Shown here one piece after another: positions 15,885 through 23,909 of a DNA stretch of 37,415 bases. The position numbers were made by a program, and so were the translations under genes. Numbering within the stretch: the first letter of the stretch is position 1; each line of letters begins with the position of its first letter. The DNA is from an uncultured Elusimicrobiales bacterium (GTDB lineage: Bacteria > Elusimicrobiota > Elusimicrobia > Elusimicrobiales > Elusimicrobiaceae). Under the pieces are notes generated by a model. The model did no database searches. It was not told the origin of the DNA and saw nothing but the letters and a program-made list of their open reading frames with translations. The stretch spans positions 1 to 37,415 of the forward strand of contig CAYPTM010000001.1 of assembly GCA_964413345.1 (NCBI GenBank), read 5' to 3'.

Positions 15885-15931
15885 TTCCGCATTATGGTAT
15901 TGCCAGTTATAAATTTTGGATAATCTAGTTA

Positions 15932-16942
15932 ATGAAGAAAAAACTTTCCATAGCACTGGGTTTCGCCATCAGCGCGATATGCATTTATTACGCGATGCGC
16001 ACCATAGACGGCAATGCGCTCAAATCGGCCATAGCCAAGATACATATCTGGCAGCTTGCGCTCATAGGCTCCATCATCTTCGTTGAATTCGTGCTGCGCG
16101 CCCTGCGCTGGCAAATCATACTCAAACCGGCTAACAAGGACATAACGCTGAAGGACAGCTTCAAGGTGCTGTGCATAGGCTTCGGCCTCAACAACATACT
16201 TCCACTGAGGCTGGGCGAACTGGCGCGCGGCGTCATCGGCAGCGAAAAACTCAACGTTCCCCTTCCCACCGTCCTTGCCACCATAGTAATAGAACGCATA
16301 CTGGACATGATGACAATCGCGGTCATCTTCCTCCTGTCCGCGCCCTATATGCCCGGCCTGGAGTTCGTCAGCAAATATAAACCCGTGGTATGGACCATGC
16401 TTGCCGCAGTCATAGTCGCGGTGGCGGGGCTCGTGTTTCTTGACGAAGTGCTTCTGCACAGCCCGACCGCGGGAAAAATACTGGATAAATTCCCCCGCAT
16501 AGGCAAACTGGTAAAGCAGGCGGCAATGGGCGCGGAGGCCCTGCGCCACCCTCTTTACGCGCCCCTCATACTTTTAAGCGGCGCGCTTTTGTGGTGCATG
16601 GACATAAGCGGCTACTGGCTGACCGCTCACTTCCTTTCCGTGGAGCCGGCAGTGACGGTAATAAAGGCCATAACCCTGTTCTGCGCCGCGGTGCTGGCTG
16701 TCGCAGCCCCGCAGATGCCCGGCTATTTCGGGGCTTTCGAGCTGACACTGCAGAAATTCCTGGTCGCCTGGGGAACCGACCCCAGTTCCGCCTTCGCTTT
16801 CGCACTGCTGCAGCACCTTATCGGCTTCACGCTGGTGCTGGCTCTGGGATTGCTATTCCTGTACCAGAGCGGCAGTTCGCTTGGAGCAATGTGGACGCGC
16901 CTTACCCAAAAGGGAGGGGACGATGAGAAAAAGGTGTCTTGA
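15932..16942 (+). CDS. Flippase-like membrane protein (LPG_synthase_TM / UPF0104 family)
   Basis: 336 aa with about 8 TM helices. EFVLRALRWQIILKP and GFGLNNILPLRLGELARG match the family signature as I recall it. Confidence 0.75.
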   Translation: MKKKLSIALGFAISAICIYYAMRTIDGNALKSAIAKIHIWQLALIGSIIFVEFVLRALRWQIILKPANKDITLKDSFKVLCIGFGLNNILPLRLGELARGVIGSEKLNVPLPTVLATIVIERILDMMTIAVIFLLSAPYMPGLEFVSKYKPVVWTMLAAVIVAVAGLVFLDEVLLHSPTAGKILDKFPRIGKLVKQAAMGAEALRHPLYAPLILLSGALLWCMDISGYWLTAHFLSVEPAVTVIKAITLFCAAVLAVAAPQMPGYFGAFELTLQKFLVAWGTDPSSAFAFALLQHLIGFTLVLALGLLFLYQSGSSLGAMWTRLTQKGGDDEKKVS

Positions 16943-17930
16943 TTTCGTCTGCTGCCCGGAATGCTCCGGCAGGCTTGAGATAATATCCGACGAAACGGCC
17001 GAATTCATCGAGAAAGGATTTCTGCGCTGCCAAGGCTGCGCCCGCGTCTATCCGATAACCGACGGCATACCGAGGCTGCTCCCCATAGCGCAGACCGGGG
17101 AATGGTCGGACGAAACGCGGGACGCCTTCAGCCGGGAATGGCTGAACTATCCCGGCGCCCTGCCGGAAGACGAGCGCACCCTGCTTGAAGAAGCCCAGCT
17201 TGATTACAAGGCGTGGAAAGGCAAGCAGGTGCTTGACGCGGGCTGCGGCATGGGACGGTACACCATGGTGGCCCTCTCCCTCGGCGCGGAAGTGATTGCG
17301 CTGGATTTCAGCGAAAGCGTGAGGCGCATGGAACAGCTTCACCGGGAGAACCACAAGCTCCACGTGGTGCAGGGCAACCTGCTGCGCGCCCCGCTGAAAA
17401 ACGAAATTTTCGACATAGTGTGCTGCCACGGCGTGCTGCACCACACGGCGGAGCCCTACACCGCCTGCCGCAATCTGGCGAAAACAGTCAAGAAACAGGG
17501 GCGCCTCTCCATATGGGTTTACGGCAAGCCCGGCGGCTGGGATGACTTCCGCACAAACCCGCTTCGGGCAAACCGGCAGTGGCTCGCCTCCGTGCGCTTC
17601 CCTTTATGGCTGCTGGTCTGGCTGCGCCACATATGCAGCGAAGCGATCCGCGCGGTGACAACGCGCCTGCCGTCAAAGATAGCTTACCTGCTGGCCATGC
17701 CGCTGGCCGCGCTCGGCGCCTTCCCCCTGCTCAAATACCTGACCTTCTCCGTTCACCCGAGCTACAGGGTACGCCTGGCCCAGAACTTTGAATGGATATC
17801 CCCGCGCTACCAGAGCCACCATACCAAGGAAGAGCTTACCCGCTGGTATGAGGAGGCGGGCTTCCAGATAGAGAAAATACTTCCGCACGGAGTCCTGCCC
17901 AAGCCCGGCATACTGGCGAAGAAAATATGA
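16923..17930 (+). CDS. Class I SAM-dependent methyltransferase with N-terminal Trm112-like zinc ribbon
   Basis: ATG 16923. CCPECSGRLE...LRCQGCARVYPITDGIPRLL, motif I VLDAGCGMGRYT, and a hydrophobic C-terminal segment. Overlaps the upstream gene by 20 nt and the downstream GT4 gene by ATGA. Confidence 0.8.
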   Translation: MRKRCLDFVCCPECSGRLEIISDETAEFIEKGFLRCQGCARVYPITDGIPRLLPIAQTGEWSDETRDAFSREWLNYPGALPEDERTLLEEAQLDYKAWKGKQVLDAGCGMGRYTMVALSLGAEVIALDFSESVRRMEQLHRENHKLHVVQGNLLRAPLKNEIFDIVCCHGVLHHTAEPYTACRNLAKTVKKQGRLSIWVYGKPGGWDDFRTNPLRANRQWLASVRFPLWLLVWLRHICSEAIRAVTTRLPSKIAYLLAMPLAALGAFPLLKYLTFSVHPSYRVRLAQNFEWISPRYQSHHTKEELTRWYEEAGFQIEKILPHGVLPKPGILAKKI

Positions 17931-19123
17931 CCGCCCCACAGGAAAGCGGAGATTCGTCCCGCAGGCCCGGAGAGGGCGTCTCCGTGGTGATGCTGTCCGC
18001 CAACTTCCATCCCCATCTGGGCGGCGCGGAAAAGCAGGCTCTGGAACTTTCGAAAGGCCTGATGGCACTGGGCGTGAAAGTGGCCGTGGCCACACGGCGC
18101 ATGCCTGGCCTGCCCCCGTACGAGGAAGTGGAAGGCGTGCCGGTGTTCAGGCTGACCGCTTGCGGCTCCGGCATGGTAAACTCAATCTCATTCCTGTGCT
18201 CGGCCTTTTTCTTCCTGCTTAAAAAACGCGCGGAGTACGATGTCATACACGTGCACATTGCCTCATCCCACGCGCTGGCCGCCTGCGCGGCGGCATGGCT
18301 GACCGGGAAAAAGGTGGCCGTCAAGTTCGCCGCAAGCAGGGATTTCGGCGACGTCAGCACTTCCCTTTCAACGCTCGCGGGCAGGGTCAAGCTCAAGGCC
18401 CTGGGCCTGTTCCGCCCCACGGCACTCATAATCAACCCGGAGATAGAGCAGGAGATGCGCGCCGCCAGCCTCCACATTCCCATGAAAGCCTTCCGCAACG
18501 GCGTGGACACGGGCAAATATGTCCCTCTGTCCTACAGCGCGAAGATTGAACTTAAACGTAAGATGGGGTTCACGGGAGAACCGCTGTTCGTGTTCGCCGG
18601 CCGGCTGACGGCGCAAAAGCGCCTGCTGGAATTTCTGGAAGTATGGGCTGAACTCAAGCGCGAAATGCCGGACAGCAGGGCCCAGTTCGTGCTGGTAGGG
18701 GAAGGCCCGCTTTCGGAGGAGCTGAAAAAGGCGGCCGCCGCGCTTGAGATAAGCCGGGACATTGTCTTTGCGGGGCTTCAGCGGGATATGCTTCCATACT
18801 ATCAGGCGGCCGATATTTTTACGCTGCCGTCCAGCGCGGAAGGCCTGTCAAACGCGATGCTGGAGGCCATGTCCTGCGGGCTGGCCATATTCGCCAGCCG
18901 CATAGGCGGGGCGCGGGAAGCAGTGGCCGAGGGAGAAAGCGGCCTGCTGTTCGACCCCTATTCCCGCACTGAGATTAAAAACGGCCTGAGAAGATTTTTT
19001 GAGGACGCGCCGCTGGCGCGCGCGATGGGCGGCAGGGCCCGCGCCGCCGCGATGGAAAGATACTGCATGAGCAAGGTGGCGCGGGAGGCGCTTGGAATTT
19101 ACAGGGAACTATGTGCGGAATAA
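17927..19123 (+). CDS. GT-B glycosyltransferase, family 4 (Glycos_transf_1)
   Basis: 398 aa. N-terminal SANFHPHLGGAEKQALELSKGL. C-terminal PSSAEGLSNAMLEAMSCGLAIFASRIGG (EX7E-type region). Confidence 0.85.
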   Translation: MTAPQESGDSSRRPGEGVSVVMLSANFHPHLGGAEKQALELSKGLMALGVKVAVATRRMPGLPPYEEVEGVPVFRLTACGSGMVNSISFLCSAFFFLLKKRAEYDVIHVHIASSHALAACAAAWLTGKKVAVKFAASRDFGDVSTSLSTLAGRVKLKALGLFRPTALIINPEIEQEMRAASLHIPMKAFRNGVDTGKYVPLSYSAKIELKRKMGFTGEPLFVFAGRLTAQKRLLEFLEVWAELKREMPDSRAQFVLVGEGPLSEELKKAAAALEISRDIVFAGLQRDMLPYYQAADIFTLPSSAEGLSNAMLEAMSCGLAIFASRIGGAREAVAEGESGLLFDPYSRTEIKNGLRRFFEDAPLARAMGGRARAAAMERYCMSKVAREALGIYRELCAE

Positions 19124-21021
19124 CCGGAATGTTCAATTACGCTTCAGGCGCGCCGGCCACGGTGCCGGCGCTCAGGAAGCTTAACGACTGTATAATACAC
19201 CGGGGACCGGATGACGAGGGCTATCATACCTCCGGCCCCTGCGGGCTGGCCATGCGCCGCCTCTCCATCATAGACCTCTCCACCGGCCACCAGCCCATCT
19301 CAAACGAGGACGGCTCCGTCTGGATAGTCTTCAACGGGGAGATATACAATTTCCAGGAGCTGAGGGAACGCCTGCTCGCGAAAGGACACAGCTTCCGCAC
19401 CAAGTCAGATACGGAAGCGATAGTGCACCTGTACGAGGAATACGGGCGGGACTGCGTGAAGGAACTGCGCGGCATGTTCGCCTTCGCCATATGGGACGGC
19501 AGGAAGAAGGCCCTGCTCCTCGCCCGGGACAGGATCGGCAAAAAACCGCTCAACTATTGCGTCACGCACGACGGCATAGCCTTCTCATCGGAACTGCGCG
19601 CCCTGCTGCAGGTGGACGGCTTCTCCAAGGACACGGATTATGAAGCACTGGACATGTTCCTCTCACTGCAGTACATCCCAAGCCCGCTGACAATTTACAA
19701 ACAGGCCAAAAAACTCCCCCCCGCCCACACGCTCTGGGTGGAGAACGGGAAAATAGACATAGCCCCCTACTGGGACCTCCCCCTCGGGGCCGGCCCGCTG
19801 GACATAAGCCTTGGCGAAGCCAAGGAACGCATAGCGGCGGAGCTGAAGGAAGCGGTGCGCCTGCGCATGATATCCGACGTGCCGCTGGGGGCCTTCCTAT
19901 CCGGGGGCATAGACTCCTCCGTAATCGTGGCCCTGATGAGCGAACTGTCCGACAAGCCGGTGCGCACCTTCGCAATAGGCTTTGAGGAAAGGGAGTTTTC
20001 GGAATTGCATTACGCAAGGGAAGTGGCCGCCAGATACGGCTGCAGCCACACCGAATTCATAGTAAAGGCTGAGATGGCGGACATACTGCCCAAGCTCGCC
20101 TGGCATTATTCGGAGCCTTACGCCGACCCAAGCGCGCTTCCCTCCTATTACGTTGCGCGGGAAACGCGCAAGCACGTCACCGTGGCGCTAAACGGCGACG
20201 GCGGGGATGAAAACTTCGCCGGCTATCTGCGCTACGTGGCGATAAAGCTGGCCCATTACTGGGATTACCTGCCCATGCCGGTCCGCAAGGCGATAGCTGC
20301 CGGCGCGGAATACCTGCCGGACCGCAACGCCCCCTTCTCCACCATCTGGCGCGGCAAAAGATTCCTGCGCTCCACTGTGACCGCGGACTTCCCTTCCCGC
20401 CACCTGAAGGTTATAGGCTACTTCAACGCGGACGACAAGAAAACCCTCTATACGGAAGCGTTCAAGCAGGCCCTTGGCGACAGGCAGAACATGGCCAACC
20501 GCTACATGGCGGAGAAATACGCCGCCGCTGCCGGAGAAGATTTCATAGCCCAGATGCTTTATGTGGATATAAAGACCTATCTGCCGGAATGCCTTATGGC
20601 GAAAATAGACATCGCCACCATGGCCAATTCGCTGGAGGGCCGCTCCCCGCTGCTTGACCACAAGTTCATGGAGCTGTGCTTCCGCCTGCGCGGGGACTGG
20701 AAACTGCGCGGGCTGCACGGAACCAAATGGATTCTTAAGGAAACTTTCCGGGACAAGCTGCCGGACAGGATACGGCGGCGCGGCAAGATGGGCTTCGGCA
20801 TACCGCTGGGCCCGTGGTTCCGGGGGCGGCTGAAGGATTACTGGGAAGGGCACTGCCTGTCCGAAAGGGCCCTGTCGCGCGGCTATTTCGAGCCGAAGGC
20901 CCTGCGCCGCCTGTGGGACGACCACCAGAGCGGCAAATGCGACAACGGCCACTGCCTCTGGGCCCTGCTGATGCTGGAATTGTGGCACGGCCAGTTCGCA
21001 AACGACGACAAACTGAGCTAA
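19111..21021 (+). CDS. asnB: Asparagine synthase (glutamine-hydrolysing) family amidotransferase
   Basis: 636 aa. MCGI N-terminus (Cys2 nucleophile). PP-loop LSGGIDSSVIVALM. Its start overlaps the GT4 stop by 13 nt. Confidence 0.88.
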   Translation: MCGITGMFNYASGAPATVPALRKLNDCIIHRGPDDEGYHTSGPCGLAMRRLSIIDLSTGHQPISNEDGSVWIVFNGEIYNFQELRERLLAKGHSFRTKSDTEAIVHLYEEYGRDCVKELRGMFAFAIWDGRKKALLLARDRIGKKPLNYCVTHDGIAFSSELRALLQVDGFSKDTDYEALDMFLSLQYIPSPLTIYKQAKKLPPAHTLWVENGKIDIAPYWDLPLGAGPLDISLGEAKERIAAELKEAVRLRMISDVPLGAFLSGGIDSSVIVALMSELSDKPVRTFAIGFEEREFSELHYAREVAARYGCSHTEFIVKAEMADILPKLAWHYSEPYADPSALPSYYVARETRKHVTVALNGDGGDENFAGYLRYVAIKLAHYWDYLPMPVRKAIAAGAEYLPDRNAPFSTIWRGKRFLRSTVTADFPSRHLKVIGYFNADDKKTLYTEAFKQALGDRQNMANRYMAEKYAAAAGEDFIAQMLYVDIKTYLPECLMAKIDIATMANSLEGRSPLLDHKFMELCFRLRGDWKLRGLHGTKWILKETFRDKLPDRIRRRGKMGFGIPLGPWFRGRLKDYWEGHCLSERALSRGYFEPKALRRLWDDHQSGKCDNGHCLWALLMLELWHGQFANDDKLS

Positions 21022-22598
21022 GGCGCGACCGCCTTCATCCTGTCCAGATTCTTGCCGGCCTGAATGAGGCCGGGGTCAAGCGACAGCGCCTTCTCGAAAT
21101 CAGACTTCGCCTTCGCGGTTTCGCCCTTCAATCCAAGGACGAAACCGCGATTGTTATAAGCCATCGCGTAATCCGGCTTCAGCTCTATGGCGTGGGAATA
21201 CGCCGCCAGGGCCAGTTCCCCATAGCCGGCCAATGAAGCGGCAACGCCGAAATCATTGTGATGGGACGCCGTAAGAGGCTCCTCCTCCAAAAGGCTCACA
21301 TAGTCTTTCATGGCAAGGTCATAACGTCCGTCCGCGACAAACGCCGCCGCCCTGTTATGCAGAGCGAAAACGGAACGCGGATAGCGGGAGAGAACATCGC
21401 TCCAGAGCAGGATGTCGCTGCGCCAGACACGCGCACGCTCCCAGCACATAAGCCCAAGCCCCGCGCCCGCAAGCAAAAAGGCTGAAAGAAGCGCCGGATA
21501 AAGCGCGCGGAATTCCAGCCCCTTCACATGCTCCGCCAAACGGGCGAGAAGCACGGCCGCGGCAAGGAATATCCCGAAGGACGGCAGATAGGAAAAATGG
21601 TCCGCCGCCACCGCGCTTCCCGCCGGTATTATCTGAAGCATGGGCAAAACCATGGCGCAGTACAGCAATATGCCGCAAAGAACCGTCCCGCCAAGAACCG
21701 CCCGCAAACGCCATACGGCCCACGCCAGACCGCCCGCGAGCAGAGGAGCGATATAATATAACACGGGCAGCAGCCCCGCCTCCTTTGCCGGATAGGGATA
21801 GAAAGGCGACAGACCCGCCGGCCACAGCAGACGCGCCGGATAGAACAGAAGATTGCGCGCCCCTACAAATAACCCCTCCCACCATTTCTGGGAATGAACT
21901 CCGAAACTGTCAAAACTGCCATGGGCGTATATGTTAAGCGCGGCAAAACCCGCGCAAACCCCGAGCAGCGGCAGTTTCTCAATGACAGCCCGGCGAACAT
22001 CCTTCCTGAAAACCGAAATATCCAGAGCAAGCAGGGCAACCGGCAGAGACACCGCGCTAACCTTGGACAGCAGCGCGCCGGAAGCCAACAGCCACACCCG
22101 CGCGGTAACCCCCTTCTCCCCGCGTGACCGGATATAGGCGAAGAGCGCGGCAAAATAAAAAACAGCGCAGAGCAGGTCCTTACGCTCGGAAATCCACGCC
22201 ACCGACTCCGCGTGCATGGGATGCAGCGCGAATAGAAAGGCGGCGGCGCAGGCGGCAAGCGGCGGCGCGCCCAGCCCGTCAGCCAGAGCCATGACCAGCA
22301 GCGCCACGCAGATATGGATTAACAGATTAACCGAACGCGAGGACCTGGGTGAAAGACCGAAAGCCGCGCGCTCCGCCATGAAGGAAAGGGAGGGCAGCGG
22401 CTGGTAAAGGCCGCCGGTGAAGGAAACAAAAGCCCCGGCCGCGTTGGAGAAGGAAGGGTTCAGCGCGGCATTGCGGGCCACATAAGGCTCGTCGTCAAAA
22501 GCGAGGTAGCCGCCGGAAAGCGACGGCAAAAAAACCGCCGCCGTCAGAAGCGACAGGACGGCGGCGAACAGGGCGTGACGGCGCAGAAAGGATAGCAC
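21018..22598 (-). CDS. TMTC/PMT_2-like GT-C membrane protein with C-terminal TPR repeats
   Basis: 526 aa, GTG 22598. The N-terminal polytopic region has YLAFDDEPYVARNAAL and LHPMHAESVAWISERKDLL, motifs I associate with bacterial TMTC-like proteins. C-terminal TPRs include AMAYNNRGFVLGLKGETAKAKSDFEKALSLDPG. Confidence 0.72.
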   Translation of the reverse strand: MLSFLRRHALFAAVLSLLTAAVFLPSLSGGYLAFDDEPYVARNAALNPSFSNAAGAFVSFTGGLYQPLPSLSFMAERAAFGLSPRSSRSVNLLIHICVALLVMALADGLGAPPLAACAAAFLFALHPMHAESVAWISERKDLLCAVFYFAALFAYIRSRGEKGVTARVWLLASGALLSKVSAVSLPVALLALDISVFRKDVRRAVIEKLPLLGVCAGFAALNIYAHGSFDSFGVHSQKWWEGLFVGARNLLFYPARLLWPAGLSPFYPYPAKEAGLLPVLYYIAPLLAGGLAWAVWRLRAVLGGTVLCGILLYCAMVLPMLQIIPAGSAVAADHFSYLPSFGIFLAAAVLLARLAEHVKGLEFRALYPALLSAFLLAGAGLGLMCWERARVWRSDILLWSDVLSRYPRSVFALHNRAAAFVADGRYDLAMKDYVSLLEEEPLTASHHNDFGVAASLAGYGELALAAYSHAIELKPDYAMAYNNRGFVLGLKGETAKAKSDFEKALSLDPGLIQAGKNLDRMKAVAP

Positions 22599-23089
22599 TA
22601 CTGGGCGCCGCCGAATTTTTTGCGCAGGGCCTTAGCCACGGGAACCGGCACATAGGTGGAAAGCATGCTGCCGTGGGAAGCCACCTCGCGGACGGTGGAT
22701 GAAGTCAGATAGACGTAATTGACGCCGGGCATCAGGAATATCGTTTCCATGTCGGGGTTCAGAGTGCGGTTGGTGTGGGCCAGCTGGAATTCATACTCCA
22801 GGTCTGATACGGCGCGCAGGCCTCTTACGGCGACACGGATGTCGTTCTTGCGCATATACTCCACAAGCAGGCCGGAGAAACTGTCCACCCTCGCCCCTTT
22901 TATTCCCTTTATGGACTGGCGCAGCAGGTCCAGACGCTCCTCCACGGTAAATATAGGCGTCTTGCTCCTGTTGGCCAGCACGGCGACAATTACTTCGTCG
23001 AAGAACGTGCAGGCCCGGCGTATGATGTCTATATGTCCGTTGGTGACCGGGTCGAAACTACCAGGGTAAACCGCTATCCTCTTTTTCAC
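22598..23089 (-). CDS. coaD: Phosphopantetheine adenylyltransferase
   Basis: VKKRIAVYPGSFDPVTNGHIDIIRRA (TxGH nucleotidyltransferase motif). GTG 23089 with GGAG 7 nt upstream, giving 163 aa. The longer track ORF (to 23143) would overlap the upstream gene. Confidence 0.9.
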   Translation of the reverse strand: MKKRIAVYPGSFDPVTNGHIDIIRRACTFFDEVIVAVLANRSKTPIFTVEERLDLLRQSIKGIKGARVDSFSGLLVEYMRKNDIRVAVRGLRAVSDLEYEFQLAHTNRTLNPDMETIFLMPGVNYVYLTSSTVREVASHGSMLSTYVPVPVAKALRKKFGGAQ

Positions 23090-23090
23090 T

Positions 23091-23909
23091 TTAATCTCCG
23101 TTTTGCGCCACGAAATTCCTGGCGGCGCGGTTATGGAACACAAGGGCCGACACGCTGGCTTCAGGCTCCATCATCAGCCCCTCGCTTAATTGTATACCGA
23201 TATCCTCTGGTTTTAAAAGGGTGAACAGCACTTTCTGGCCCGACAGGTCGGGGCAGGCAGGATAGCCGAAACTGAACCGCTTCCCGCGGTAGCGGGCGTC
23301 CAGCCGGTCCGACGGAACCATCTCCTCCGGGTCGGGGAAGCCCCAGGCCCCGCGCACGGCGGAATGGGCCGTCTCGGCCAGCGCCTCGGCAAGAGTGATG
23401 GCAAGCATGTTGAGCGTGTGCGATTTCACGTAATCGCCGCGCTCGCGCAGTTTTCTGGAAAACTCAAGGAATTTTCCGCCGCAGGTGCAGGCGAACATGG
23501 CGGTGTAATCAAGCTGGCCGGAGCCGGCCGGAGCCACGAGGTCCGCCAGGCAAAGCTTGTCACCGTCAGGCTGACGAGGGAACCCGACCTCATGCTGGGC
23601 GAAGACCTTATGCCCGGAGTCGTAAAACAATATGCTGTCGCCAAGCGAATGGCACGGCACGAAGCGGTAGACGAAATCGAAGGAGAAGCAATCCATGTCC
23701 TCCAGCTCGCGCAACATTCCGTTAGCCGTGGCCTGAAGGGTCATAAACCTGGAGTCTCCGGCGCGGCGGAGGGCGGCTATATCCCCCTTGACGCCCATGT
23801 GCTTGTTGTAAAACATCTTCCAGTTTATGTTCTCCTCCACGGCGTCGAAGAGGCAGTTCTTCACCATCTGCCTCTCCAGCGTGGGAGGAAGCGGAATGTC
23901 CAGGGTCAT
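23091..23909 (-). CDS. Stand-alone methionine synthase reactivation (AdoMet-binding) domain protein
   Basis: 272 aa. RFSFGYPACPDL and the overall layout resemble the C-terminal activation module of MetH. ATG 23909 overlaps the metH stop (ATGA). Confidence 0.8.
   Translation of the reverse strand: MTLDIPLPPTLERQMVKNCLFDAVEENINWKMFYNKHMGVKGDIAALRRAGDSRFMTLQATANGMLRELEDMDCFSFDFVYRFVPCHSLGDSILFYDSGHKVFAQHEVGFPRQPDGDKLCLADLVAPAGSGQLDYTAMFACTCGGKFLEFSRKLRERGDYVKSHTLNMLAITLAEALAETAHSAVRGAWGFPDPEEMVPSDRLDARYRGKRFSFGYPACPDLSGQKVLFTLLKPEDIGIQLSEGLMMEPEASVSALVFHNRAARNFVAQNGD

Noticed and set aside
15885-15931. AT-rich gap before the flippase-like gene as a defined promoter
   Set aside because: The candidate boxes (TTGCCA with TAATCT at 15-nt spacing; TTCCGC-N17-TATAAA) are all suboptimal and there is no SD. 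I note the region but cannot support it as a feature.
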